Translations under genes and position numbers: made by a program
The notes under the pieces: model-generated
What the model saw: only the letters and a program-made list of their open reading frames with translations
Database searches by the model: none
What the model was told of the DNA's origin: nothing
Shown here: piece after piece, positions 16,039 to 25,761 of the stretch
Numbering within the stretch: position 1 is the first letter of the stretch
Layout: every line of letters begins with the position of its first letter
Source of the DNA: a virus
Lineage: Duplodnaviria > Caudoviricetes
Length of the DNA: 64,000 nt
Direction: 5' to 3' (one strand)
Virus record (IMG/VR): IMGVR_UViG_3300046517_000603
Coordinates: 371-64,370 of that record

Positions 16039-18825
16039 ATGCCGATCACGAACCGGCAGATTCGGGCGTTGCGTGACTACTGGGTCAGCGACGGGCCGCG
16101 CGATGACGGCGAGTGGTACTTGCTCTGTCCGCTACACGAGGATACCAAGCGGTCGGCGTCGATCAACGTGTACTCTGCCGAGTTCTACTGCCATGCGGGT
16201 TGCGGCGGAAGCACCGTGAAGGATCTGATCAAAGCGAAGTCTCGCTGGATCGCTCCGGAACGGGGAGCCGCAACCCGCTCAGGCGGGTCAACGATCAAGC
16301 ACTCTCACCCAGAGGAGACTATCAATATGGCGATGGTCGATGCCTGGGCTGCGAACCTGATGGATGACGAAGCCGCGCGAGACGAGCTAATTGGTCTACG
16401 CGGCCTCACGTCCGATACGCTACGCCGGTACAAAATCGGCTGGGACAGGGATAGACGAGTCTTTACGATCCCTGTCTTCGGGGCTGAGGGGGAGCTGTAC
16501 AACGTCCGGAGGTACACCCCGCGTCCGAAGGGGGACACCAAGATCTGGGGCGTTACCGGACTCAACACTCCCAGACTCTACCCGATCGACCAACTAGAGA
16601 ACGATACCGTTGTCGTCTGTGAAGGAGAATGGGATGCCCTCGCGACCATCCAGGCAGGCTACGCCGCCATCACAAAAACTGGAGCAGCGAAGATTTGGAA
16701 GCCAGAATGGAATCATCTCTTTGCTGGAAAGCGCGTGTATCTGTGTCATGACAGGGATGACACTGGCGTGGATGCTAACCGCGTGGTGGGACGAAATCTT
16801 GGCAACAGTAGTGACTGTTACGTGGTTAATCTGCCGTATCCTCTTGACGAGAAACATGGGAAGGATCTAACCGACTTCTGGTTGGAGCATGACAACGGAA
16901 CATTCGAGCGCCTACTCCGCGAGGCTCAGCCCTGGAACGGACATAAGCCGCGTGAGCCGCTTGAATCAGAGCCAGAAACTATCTCGGTGCTGGACAGCTT
17001 TGACGCTAACCGAATCGCCAAGGCTGTCAATCTCATCGTAACCATCAAGGGCAAAAGAGAGCCGGGTTACACCGTGCCGCGCACGGCTCAGCTTACGTGT
17101 ACGCGTGACGCTGGCCTCAAGTGCAGCTTCTGCCCGATGAAGGCCCACGGGTCTACCACGATTGAGATAAACGGCGACAGCCCGACAATTCTGGCTCTGA
17201 TTGACGCGACTCAGGCCCAGCTCTGGGACGCACTTCGTCTGGAGTACGGCGCGCAGAAGTGTAATAAGCTCACCATTGAGCCCAAGGATTATCAGGCCGT
17301 AGAGATTCTCTACGCCAGACCGAGCATCGATCATGTTGAGTCAACGGAAGCTGGCTCGTACAAAACTATGAGGATTATCTCGGTCGGGCGGCATGATACT
17401 CTGCCTAACAATACCTTCAGTATAACAGGCGCGCTCCACCCGAACCCAAAGGATCAAAGCAACGAGTTTCTTTCCTGGGAGCTAGCGCCCGTCTCAACCT
17501 CGCTCGATAACTTTGAACTGGATCCGGCTATGGGGAAGCAGCTACGCATCTTCCAGCCACGCCCGAACCAGCGACCCGCTCGTAAATTGCGACAGCTCGC
17601 GGAGGCGCTGAGTGACCAAGTCACTCGCATCACCGGCAGATGGGAGATGCATGCGGTCTTTGATCTCACGCTACATTCTGTACTGGCGTTCAAATTCAAC
17701 GAGAAAGAAATCGGTCGCGGATGGATCCAGAGTTGCGTGTATGGTGACACTCGAACTGGTAAATCCGAAGCAGCAAGGAATCTCATCCGTCATTACGGTG
17801 CAGGTGAGATCATCGGCGGTGAATCAGCGTCTTATGCAGGAGTTGTTGGTGGTTTGCAGCAGCTTGGCGGAAAGGAATGGGTGGTCACATGGGGTGTCCT
17901 TCCGCTCAACGATCGTCGGGCGGTTGTGATAGACGAAATCTCCGCGCTGTCCTACGAGGATATCGGTCATATGTCCGATCTGCGCTCGGATGGAGTGGTG
18001 AGGATCTCGAAGATCCAGCAGGAAGCTACGCATGCGCGGACGAGAATGATATGGCTGGGGAATCCTCGGAATGGCGGGAACATGGGGCAGTTCACGTACG
18101 GGGTTGACGCGCTCCGGCCGCTGATCGGCGCGATGGAGGATATCGCTCGCTTCGATATGGCCATGGCCGTTACGATGCACGACATCCCTGTCGAGACATA
18201 CAACACTCAACACGAGAGTACCGCGACCCGCTACTCGTCTGAGCTTTGTCACAACCTCATCTTGTGGGCTTGGACACGCCGGCCAGAGCACGTCGTCTGG
18301 ACGCAAGGCGCTGAGAAGGCAGCCCTGGATCTAGCCACAAAGGTCGGTAGAAGCTACATCGAGGATCCACCACTCGTCCAGGCAGCTGATATCCGCGAGA
18401 AGATTGCTCGTGTGAGTACCGCTCTCGCGGCGAGGGTCTTCAGCACGGACGAAACCTACGAGAAGCTCATCGTCAGACACGAGCACGTTCACGACGCCGT
18501 AGCGTTTCTCAACCACATATACTCGATGCCAACGTTCGGCTACCGCGACCGCTCGGATGAGGTCTTCGCCGACCGGCAGGAAGCAGAGCAGAACCGTGAC
18601 TTGATGCGCAACTATCTTCTGACGACCGATAACCGGCCGCTAGGAAAATTCCTGCGCTCAAATGCGACGTTCCGGCGCCAGGATCTAGAGGAGATCCTCA
18701 ACATATCCCGAGAGGAGGCCAACGCCAAGATCAACAAATTGTGGAGTATGAGGATGGTTCGTAAGGACGCTGGTGATATCAGGGTGGAGCCTACCTTACA
18801 CACTATCTTGAGGGAGCTGAAGTAG
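16039..18825 (+). CDS. primase-helicase (Zn finger + TOPRIM + MCM-like AAA+ helicase)
   Basis: CPLHED…CHAGC; CEGEWDAL…HDRDDTG…GKDLTD; GDTRTGKS, VIDEIS, GNPR, IARFD. Confidence 0.85.
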   Translation: MPITNRQIRALRDYWVSDGPRDDGEWYLLCPLHEDTKRSASINVYSAEFYCHAGCGGSTVKDLIKAKSRWIAPERGAATRSGGSTIKHSHPEETINMAMVDAWAANLMDDEAARDELIGLRGLTSDTLRRYKIGWDRDRRVFTIPVFGAEGELYNVRRYTPRPKGDTKIWGVTGLNTPRLYPIDQLENDTVVVCEGEWDALATIQAGYAAITKTGAAKIWKPEWNHLFAGKRVYLCHDRDDTGVDANRVVGRNLGNSSDCYVVNLPYPLDEKHGKDLTDFWLEHDNGTFERLLREAQPWNGHKPREPLESEPETISVLDSFDANRIAKAVNLIVTIKGKREPGYTVPRTAQLTCTRDAGLKCSFCPMKAHGSTTIEINGDSPTILALIDATQAQLWDALRLEYGAQKCNKLTIEPKDYQAVEILYARPSIDHVESTEAGSYKTMRIISVGRHDTLPNNTFSITGALHPNPKDQSNEFLSWELAPVSTSLDNFELDPAMGKQLRIFQPRPNQRPARKLRQLAEALSDQVTRITGRWEMHAVFDLTLHSVLAFKFNEKEIGRGWIQSCVYGDTRTGKSEAARNLIRHYGAGEIIGGESASYAGVVGGLQQLGGKEWVVTWGVLPLNDRRAVVIDEISALSYEDIGHMSDLRSDGVVRISKIQQEATHARTRMIWLGNPRNGGNMGQFTYGVDALRPLIGAMEDIARFDMAMAVTMHDIPVETYNTQHESTATRYSSELCHNLILWAWTRRPEHVVWTQGAEKAALDLATKVGRSYIEDPPLVQAADIREKIARVSTALAARVFSTDETYEKLIVRHEHVHDAVAFLNHIYSMPTFGYRDRSDEVFADRQEAEQNRDLMRNYLLTTDNRPLGKFLRSNATFRRQDLEEILNISREEANAKINKLWSMRMVRKDAGDIRVEPTLHTILRELK

Positions 18826-19128
18826 ATGATGAAACATGGTCACTGGGCTGGACATCAAATGACTCCTACTTACCGATCGTGGATGGCGATGAAATCTAGA
18901 TGTCTCAATCCAAACCGACGCGACTACGATCGTTATGGCGGTCGAGGGATAACAGTCTGTGACGATTGGCTGGGTTTCGAGAACTTCCTAGCTGACATGG
19001 GTATCAGGCCGGAGGGGATGACACTAGATCGGATCGACCCTAATGGTGACTATGAGCCCAGCAATGTCCGCTGGGCTACTGCGAAGCAACAGGGCCGGAA
19101 TCAACGACGAAATAAGAGGGTGAAATGA
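18826..19128 (+). CDS. HNH homing endonuclease-like protein
   Basis: W.AMKSRC…YGGRGITVC..W..FENFLADMG…TLDRIDPNGDYEPSNVRWAT…Q..N. Confidence 0.85.
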   Translation: MMKHGHWAGHQMTPTYRSWMAMKSRCLNPNRRDYDRYGGRGITVCDDWLGFENFLADMGIRPEGMTLDRIDPNGDYEPSNVRWATAKQQGRNQRRNKRVK

Positions 19129-19397
19129 TCAACGCAGAAGCTCTAGCTCGGGCAGAGACTGTGCTCCAGGTGGCGTACGCGGGCGCGCCGGACTACGGGA
19201 GGCAGTTGAGCGCCTTGGAGGTAGAGCGAGAGGCGTTCGACAACCTACTCCAGCGGCGGGTGGGTCACGTCAAGCGAGAGTACCCAGCCTGGAAGACAAT
19301 GGATCCGAAGATCGAGCCCGCAATCAATACGCTGTTCATGCACTTCTTTCTGGTCGGACTTATCGCCGGGAGGCACCAAGCGAGGGAGTTGGTATAA
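19125..19397 (+). CDS. hypothetical protein
   Basis: ATGA overlap; GAGGGTGA RBS. Confidence 0.65.
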   Translation: MINAEALARAETVLQVAYAGAPDYGRQLSALEVEREAFDNLLQRRVGHVKREYPAWKTMDPKIEPAINTLFMHFFLVGLIAGRHQARELV

Positions 19398-19754
19398 ATG
19401 AAGAGTCAGAAGAAAGGTCGCGTCATATTCGAGTCAGACACCGAGGCCACGGCTACCGATCAGCTAGCCGAGCAGATGGAGGCTGCATTGAGTATCGTAT
19501 TCGCTCAGGGGAAGAAGATCGGTTCATGCCAGATCGTAAACAACAGGATCGTTATCAGGTTCGATGACGGCACTGGGCTGCTCATCTCCGGCCAGCATCT
19601 TCGAGTGGAAGAGCTGGAGATTGAAGATGTTCCCGGCTTCGAGGAGTGGGCTCCTGAGACTCTTGAGACGCCGGAGCAGAGGCTGGCCAGAGCCGAGCGA
19701 ACGGCACTCCCACCCGCGTCTTCACCACCGCCGCTTCCGCGAGTCGACGAATGA
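19398..19754 (+). CDS. hypothetical protein
   Basis: GGGAG RBS; operonic. Confidence 0.65.
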   Translation: MKSQKKGRVIFESDTEATATDQLAEQMEAALSIVFAQGKKIGSCQIVNNRIVIRFDDGTGLLISGQHLRVEELEIEDVPGFEEWAPETLETPEQRLARAERTALPPASSPPPLPRVDE

Positions 19755-20509
19755 CTATCGCAATCATAGGTAGCGGGCCATCGGGACTACTCGCGGCGCA
19801 TGCCGTACAGCGGCTTGGAATTCGTTCATTGATCTACGCTCTGGATAAGCAGCCATCGAAGCTCTGGGGAGCCATGTATCTCCACGAGCCGATCGAAGGG
19901 TTGACGGGAGAGAAGCCGGATGGCACTCTTGTCATCATGAAGGACGGAACGGCCGAGGGCTACGCCAAGAAGGTGTATGGCGACGAGAGCCACCCCGTCA
20001 GCTGGCATCATTTCGAGGAGGGCGAGACTCCAATGTGGAGCCTGAGGCTCGCGTACGAGAGGCTCTGGATGTCGTACCGATCTCAGATCCGAGCGCGCGA
20101 GATCAATCATATCGGTCTCCACGAGTTGACGCAGGAGTTCGACACCGTCATCTGTACCGCGCCTAAGCCTCGATTCTGCCTCAATCCAGATAAGCATACG
20201 TTCACCGCGCAACCCATCTGGATCCGAGTCGTGACGTCCGCCCATCCGATGCAAGGGAACGTCATGGCGTATAACGGTCGAGAGGAGACACCTTGGTACC
20301 GGATGAGTCACATCGACAATATCCTGAGCTTCGAGTACGCGACGAAGCCTCCATTTTCGGGACTGTTGGAGGGGAAGAAACCCATCGAGAACAACTGCGA
20401 CTGCTGGCCGACGGTCACCTGGACGGGCAGATTCGGCTCTTGGACGAAGGGTGTTTTGACCCACCACGTCTACGCCATGGTTCATGATGCTTTGTACGCG
20501 CTGCTCTAG
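19751..20509 (+). CDS. FAD/NAD(P)-dependent oxidoreductase (UDP-galactopyranose mutase-like fold)
   Basis: IAIIGSGPSGLLAA Rossmann motif; GAMYLH; VICTAP; C-terminal GRFGSW. Confidence 0.75.
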   Translation: MTIAIIGSGPSGLLAAHAVQRLGIRSLIYALDKQPSKLWGAMYLHEPIEGLTGEKPDGTLVIMKDGTAEGYAKKVYGDESHPVSWHHFEEGETPMWSLRLAYERLWMSYRSQIRAREINHIGLHELTQEFDTVICTAPKPRFCLNPDKHTFTAQPIWIRVVTSAHPMQGNVMAYNGREETPWYRMSHIDNILSFEYATKPPFSGLLEGKKPIENNCDCWPTVTWTGRFGSWTKGVLTHHVYAMVHDALYALL

Positions 20510-21140
20510 CCCAGTCAAACCGATCGCTGTCTTCGACATCGACGGCACGATGGGCGACTACCATCAGCACTTCATCAACTTTGCCACGGAGTACCTCGGC
20601 AGCGAGGGCTGGCAGGATTGGTGGAAGTATTCCGGCAATGAAGGATTCCGTGACTGGTTCTGTGAAGCGTTCGACATCGAGCACGCCACCTGGTACGACA
20701 TCAAGCTTGCGTACCGGCAGGGAGCGCAGAAAAGGTCAATGCCACCGTACGACGGAATGATCGACGTAGCTCGCGCGGCCTACAAGGTAGACTGCGAAAT
20801 CTGGATCGCGACGACGCGGCCGTATCTGCGGCTCGACAACATTGATCCGGATACTCGCGAGTGGTTGAGCAGGAACCACGTCCCGTATGATGGCCTACTC
20901 TTTGATGAGCATAAATACTACCGGCTCGCTGAGATAGTTGAACCGGAACGAGTGGTCGTAGTCTATGAGGATCTCGCTGAGATGTATGATGAAGCCGAGA
21001 TTATCTTCTCTGAGAATGTGCCCTTCCTGGTTAAGACATCCTGGAACCGATCCTGGGATCGCCAGAACCAGGGCACGTCTGAGAAAGCCCTCGTCCACCT
21101 CAACGATCAACTTCGAGCGTGGAGGCGTAATGGAAGCTGA
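20484..21140 (+). CDS. HAD-superfamily phosphatase (nucleotidase-like)
   Basis: VFDIDGT motif I, ATTRP motif II, K, YEDL; N-terminal CxxC. Confidence 0.8.
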   Translation: MMLCTRCSSPVKPIAVFDIDGTMGDYHQHFINFATEYLGSEGWQDWWKYSGNEGFRDWFCEAFDIEHATWYDIKLAYRQGAQKRSMPPYDGMIDVARAAYKVDCEIWIATTRPYLRLDNIDPDTREWLSRNHVPYDGLLFDEHKYYRLAEIVEPERVVVVYEDLAEMYDEAEIIFSENVPFLVKTSWNRSWDRQNQGTSEKALVHLNDQLRAWRRNGS

Positions 21141-21327
21141 GAATATGGAGTGGCCTCGTGTCCTCGCCGTTCACACCGACGAGGTCATCTGGTATCCCAA
21201 CGGAGGAGAAGTCATCTGGTTCAAGGACGCAATGGGGACTGTCTGGTGTAAGTTCGGCGCCATGGAAGAGGAAGGGATCACCTGTATCCCGCAGCTCTAC
21301 ATCACAAGGGTCGAACTGGAATGTTGA
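21130..21327 (+). CDS. hypothetical protein
   Basis: GGAGG RBS. Confidence 0.6.
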   Translation: MEAENMEWPRVLAVHTDEVIWYPNGGEVIWFKDAMGTVWCKFGAMEEEGITCIPQLYITRVELEC

Positions 21328-21608
21328 CGACAGAAGATCAGTGGGAGCACTACATCGATGAAGCGAGGCTCATACTCCAGAAACGCCAGGGAGTCCGTCA
21401 GGATCTTTGGCGTGGCATCGGAGCGCGCGGTCAAGTGGTCATGCTCCATGGCAAGTCAGAGCGTGTCTTCCGCAATCTCATGTCGACTCAACCATCCAAA
21501 ACAGAAGCTATGAAAGAGATCCCAGACATTATCAACTATGCTGTCTTCTGCGCGATTCTCGCGGACGAGGAAGACTGGAACGGAAAATGGCCATGGCCAT
21601 CAGTATGA
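21321..21608 (+). CDS. all-alpha nucleotide-modification-associated domain protein (Nmad1/DUF1599, MazG-like)
   Basis: K..R…DIINYAVF signature. Confidence 0.6.
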   Translation: MLTTEDQWEHYIDEARLILQKRQGVRQDLWRGIGARGQVVMLHGKSERVFRNLMSTQPSKTEAMKEIPDIINYAVFCAILADEEDWNGKWPWPSV

Positions 21609-22129
21609 AAGTACACCAGATCCCGTACTCCCTCATCAGTCTGTTTGAAGTCGGGATGGATCGGCAGCTACCGCTCTACCACAGGATCAGCGAGAATGAT
21701 CCGCTCATCCTCAATCTTGGAGCCGGTTATAAGCACATAACCGGGACGGCTAGGCTGAGCCTAGAGATGGGCTGGTCAGCGCCTCGTCTCAAAAGCTACA
21801 AGAACGAGTCTGTGGATGGCATCTTCGCGCTTCACTTCTTTGAGCATCTGGAGAAGTGGGATCTCCTAGCGATGCTTCGCGAGTGCGAGCGAGTAATGAA
21901 GCAGGGGGCGTCGCTAAATGTGGTTGTCCCCTGGTACGGTTCTCAAATGGCCTTCCAGGATCTCGACCACAAATCGTTCTGGACAGTTGATACCTGGAAG
22001 GAACTCTTCAACAATCCATACTACGACACCACGATACCGCAGGATTGGAAGCTCCGCGAGAACTTCAGCATCATCATGGGGCTAAACGATCGGAACCTCG
22101 CCGTGGTATCGCAGCTCTTGAAGACATGA
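21605..22129 (+). CDS. class I SAM-dependent methyltransferase-like protein
   Basis: LNLGAG, ESVDGI, HFFEHL, ECERVMK.G…VP…D.DH. Confidence 0.75.
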   Translation: MKVHQIPYSLISLFEVGMDRQLPLYHRISENDPLILNLGAGYKHITGTARLSLEMGWSAPRLKSYKNESVDGIFALHFFEHLEKWDLLAMLRECERVMKQGASLNVVVPWYGSQMAFQDLDHKSFWTVDTWKELFNNPYYDTTIPQDWKLRENFSIIMGLNDRNLAVVSQLLKT

Positions 22130-22413
22130 CCAAACGCGAATTCCGCCAGCAACTTGATCTCTACTTCTCGCTCACTCATCACGACCGGCCATGCAGGGTG
22201 CTCGCCGAGAGATACGCGACTATCGACCATGAGGAGAAGACCGGCATTGCCCTCATCATCTACCAGCCAGAGGATCGGGAATGGAGGAACATGGACGATG
22301 GGACAGGGATCGAGCGAGTCTCATACCACGGAGAGATCCGCTACATGGTCGTTGTGGACGGCAAGACGCGAGAGGATGGGATCGTAGACAGTTGGGTGAA
22401 ATATGCCGAGTAA
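22126..22413 (+). CDS. hypothetical protein
   Basis: ATGA overlap. Confidence 0.6.
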   Translation: MTKREFRQQLDLYFSLTHHDRPCRVLAERYATIDHEEKTGIALIIYQPEDREWRNMDDGTGIERVSYHGEIRYMVVVDGKTREDGIVDSWVKYAE

Positions 22414-25400
22414 GGACTTCAGAAGCAGTCTTGACGATTCAGGTATCTCTGCCTTCAGTGGCCGGGATCAGAAGGAGTGTGACCATGAGCAGCCAGCTCT
22501 CGTCCGGCGGGACAAGCGGACCAACCGTGTACATCGGACTATGCGGCCGATGCGATTTAGTAGTCTCCATCATCATTCCACCTACAGCTTCCTGGACGGA
22601 TATGCGTTGCCCGAGGCGCACGTGCGGCGTGCCTCTGAGCTTGGGATGGGTTCGCTCGCTCTCACCGAGCACGGCAATGTCTTCTCTCATGCTAAGTTTG
22701 AACAAGCTGCCGTTAAAGAGGGCATCAAACCGATCTTTGGATGCGAGTTCTACTGCGGGGCAATAGACGAAGGGCATAGACAGCAGACCAAGAACCACCT
22801 CACGATCCTGGCCGAGACGCAGAAGGGCTATCGGAACATCCTACGACTCGTGACGGAGGCGAATGATGCAGGATTCTACTACCACCCAACCATTTCCGGG
22901 TCTATGCTTGGGAAGCGCAACGATGGAATCATTGTCCTCTCGGGATGCCAGAGTAGTCTGCTCTTTACCTCGCTCATGGGCGGCAAGGGCATTTCTCCCG
23001 CGAAGGCAGGTTTTGCTCGCGCTAAGGCTGTCGCACGAAGATTTGCTCGTACATTTGGAGATCGGTATTACATCGAAGTCCAAGCGTTCCCTGAACTGGA
23101 GGAGACCTGTGCCGCTAACCCTGCTCTGGCTGAGATCGCGCGCCAGCTCAATGTTCCGCTCGTCGCGACGATGGATTGCCACTATACCCTCCCGACTGAG
23201 CAAGAGATCCAGAAAGTCCTCCACAATGTCCGAGCCGGAGGAAGGCAGACCCTCGAAGAACAATCCCGAGCCTGGGGATATACAGCAGACCTCTGTCCAC
23301 CCCTCAACGACAACACCCTCATCCGACGACTTGTGGGCACCGGACTGGACAGGAGAATGGCCCGAGCCGCCGTTCTCGCCTCGGAGGAGATTGCGTCGCG
23401 CTGCTCAGTTGATCTCCCTAAGCTCCCCATGGTTCGATACAAGTCGGCCGATACCACCGCCACATGGCGTGAATGGCTGCGAGATGGCTGGCGATTGCGG
23501 AAGTGTGATCATCTTCCTACCGCAGAACGGCGACGATACGCGGAGCGCCTGAGATATGAGATGTCCATCATCGAGGAAAAGGATTTTGTTGACTATTTCC
23601 TCATTGTTAGCGACGCTCTACGCTGGGCGAAGGATCGCGGAATTGCGGTTGGCCCGGCACGCGGATCTGCCGCCGCCTCACTGGCGTGTTGGCTACTCCG
23701 CATCACTGAGGTCAATCCAATGCTCTTTGAGCATCTTGTATTTGAGAGGTTCATCGACATCTCGCGGCAGGATCTACCTGACATCGACGTGGACTTCGAG
23801 TCAGAGAGACGAGATGAAGTTGTGGACTACCTCGTCGCCCGCTACGGTCGGGATAATGTGTCAGACGTTGGGACGTTTACAATGTATAAGAGCAAGCTGG
23901 CCCTCGACGATGTCGCCCGTGTCCATCACATCCCCTCCTTTGAAGTAGAGAAGGTGAAAGATGTCCTTATTGAACGTAGCAGCGGTGATCTCCGCTCCTC
24001 GGCAACCATCGAGGATACTTTTGATCAGTTTGAGCAAGCGGCGGAAGTTCGCAAGGCGTTTCCTAAGATCGAAGAAGCCACCCGTCTGGAAGGGAACGCC
24101 AAGGGCTTTGGTGTTCACGCAGCTGGTGTGGTTGTTTCCAATGGACCAATCACTGACGTATGTTCCGTCATTACAAGAGTCGTTGATGGCCGAACACGTA
24201 AAGTCGTCGGGATCGACAAATACGATTCTGAGTATCTGGGTCTGCTCAAACTAGACTTCCTGCGCCTCTCCGCGATGGATCGGCTCGCGGGCTGCTGTCG
24301 GGATATCGACGTGCCTGTCACCTACCTATACGATATCCCGACGGAGGATAAAGCGGTCATTGATCTTTTCCAACGTAACGACGTCACGGGGGTGTTTCAG
24401 TATGAAGGCCGAGCTGTCCGTAGCATCAACGGTGCCCTCAAACCGGATAACTTCGAGGAAGTCTGTCACATTACCGCTCTGGCCAGACCTGGCCCTCTAC
24501 ATAACGGGAGTGCTCAATCGTACATTGATATCAAAAGAGGCGTTCTTAAGCCTACGGTTAGTCACCCCGCGCTCGCAGCGATCACTGCGGGTACATTTTA
24601 TCAGATCATCTACCAGGAGCAGATCCTCCGGATCGTCCGCGAGATCGGCAACTTCGACTGGACGCACGCCGCCCACATCCGCCGCATCATCTCAAGAAAG
24701 CTAGGCGATCAGGAGTTCATGCGTCAGTGGGGCCGCTTCTGGGAAGGAGCACAAACCATCCATGAGCGCCTAGAGGTTCCGGAGATGGACGAGGCTACGG
24801 CGAAAGCAATCTGGGGCGATTGCATCACCGCCGGTTCCTACGCATTTAACGCCGCGCACTCAGTCGCGTACGGCTACATCTCCTGGATGGACGCCCACTT
24901 CAAGACTCACCACCCAGGGATCTTCTACAAGCATTTGCTTCGGAAAGCGAGCGCGCGTAGCTCCGCGAACACTTCCGGCTCAAGAGGGAATACGAAAGCG
25001 TCGGCGGTATCTAAGGCGAGGATTGACCCAGAGACTGTCGCGCTCCGAGACGCGCTGACACACGGCTTCCAGATCGAGCCGCCGGAGTTTACAGGAGCTA
25101 CAACGACCTGGGAGCTAGTCGATCGAACGCTTCACGCCGGGCTGCTTCAGATCCCCGGCATCGGCGACAAGAAAGCCAAAGCACTTATCGAGGGGAGAGA
25201 TGCTCTTGGTATCACTGAGTGGGGTGAAATAGAACGCATTAACGGTTTTGGGCCGAAGACAGCGGCCTCAATCCAAGACTGGGTCAGCCATCCGGATCCA
25301 TTCCGCATCTACGAGCTGGACGATAAGATCCAGCGCGTCAAGGCGGATCTGCCCAACCTGGGCTTGCCGGAGCCGACCCATACCGCGCTGGAAGTTCCAT

Positions 25401-25738
25401 ATGAGCGCGGGCGTGACGAGGAAGTCACGTGGCTAGGAGTCATCGTCCAGCGTAACCTTCGGGATCTGTACGAAATAAACAAAGCGCGTGGGGTCGAACT
25501 TGATCTGGAGAAGTTAGACCGTCCAGATCTCAACGAGTGGATGATCCTGGCAGGCTACGACGGCACGGAGTTAGTCTCAATCCGTGTAGACCGCTACAAG
25601 TATCCAGGCTTCAAAAAGGCCATCTGGGGCCTGCGACTGAACGGGGATATCGTAGTCGTTCAAGGCGTTAAGCCTGGGTTCAGGGCTGCGCGCGAGGTCA
25701 AAGCGAGCAAGATGTGGGTGATTGACCCCGATGCGTAG
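22403..25738 (+). CDS. dnaE: DNA polymerase III alpha subunit (DnaE-type)
   Basis: PHP LHHHSTYSFLDG, TEHG, DCHY; GPARGSAA, FERF, PDIDVD, HAAG, GLLKLDFL, ARPGPL, YQEQ, YAFNAAH. Confidence 0.95.
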   Translation: MPSKDFRSSLDDSGISAFSGRDQKECDHEQPALVRRDKRTNRVHRTMRPMRFSSLHHHSTYSFLDGYALPEAHVRRASELGMGSLALTEHGNVFSHAKFEQAAVKEGIKPIFGCEFYCGAIDEGHRQQTKNHLTILAETQKGYRNILRLVTEANDAGFYYHPTISGSMLGKRNDGIIVLSGCQSSLLFTSLMGGKGISPAKAGFARAKAVARRFARTFGDRYYIEVQAFPELEETCAANPALAEIARQLNVPLVATMDCHYTLPTEQEIQKVLHNVRAGGRQTLEEQSRAWGYTADLCPPLNDNTLIRRLVGTGLDRRMARAAVLASEEIASRCSVDLPKLPMVRYKSADTTATWREWLRDGWRLRKCDHLPTAERRRYAERLRYEMSIIEEKDFVDYFLIVSDALRWAKDRGIAVGPARGSAAASLACWLLRITEVNPMLFEHLVFERFIDISRQDLPDIDVDFESERRDEVVDYLVARYGRDNVSDVGTFTMYKSKLALDDVARVHHIPSFEVEKVKDVLIERSSGDLRSSATIEDTFDQFEQAAEVRKAFPKIEEATRLEGNAKGFGVHAAGVVVSNGPITDVCSVITRVVDGRTRKVVGIDKYDSEYLGLLKLDFLRLSAMDRLAGCCRDIDVPVTYLYDIPTEDKAVIDLFQRNDVTGVFQYEGRAVRSINGALKPDNFEEVCHITALARPGPLHNGSAQSYIDIKRGVLKPTVSHPALAAITAGTFYQIIYQEQILRIVREIGNFDWTHAAHIRRIISRKLGDQEFMRQWGRFWEGAQTIHERLEVPEMDEATAKAIWGDCITAGSYAFNAAHSVAYGYISWMDAHFKTHHPGIFYKHLLRKASARSSANTSGSRGNTKASAVSKARIDPETVALRDALTHGFQIEPPEFTGATTTWELVDRTLHAGLLQIPGIGDKKAKALIEGRDALGITEWGEIERINGFGPKTAASIQDWVSHPDPFRIYELDDKIQRVKADLPNLGLPEPTHTALEVPYERGRDEEVTWLGVIVQRNLRDLYEINKARGVELDLEKLDRPDLNEWMILAGYDGTELVSIRVDRYKYPGFKKAIWGLRLNGDIVVVQGVKPGFRAAREVKASKMWVIDPDA

Positions 25739-25761
25739 CGACCCCCAACGTTGGGAGGTTA

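Noticed and set aside
22403-25738. Intein or intron in dnaE, the helicases or terL
   Set aside because: The ORFs are continuous and of normal length, with no C/S…HN splice junctions or LAGLIDADG motifs.
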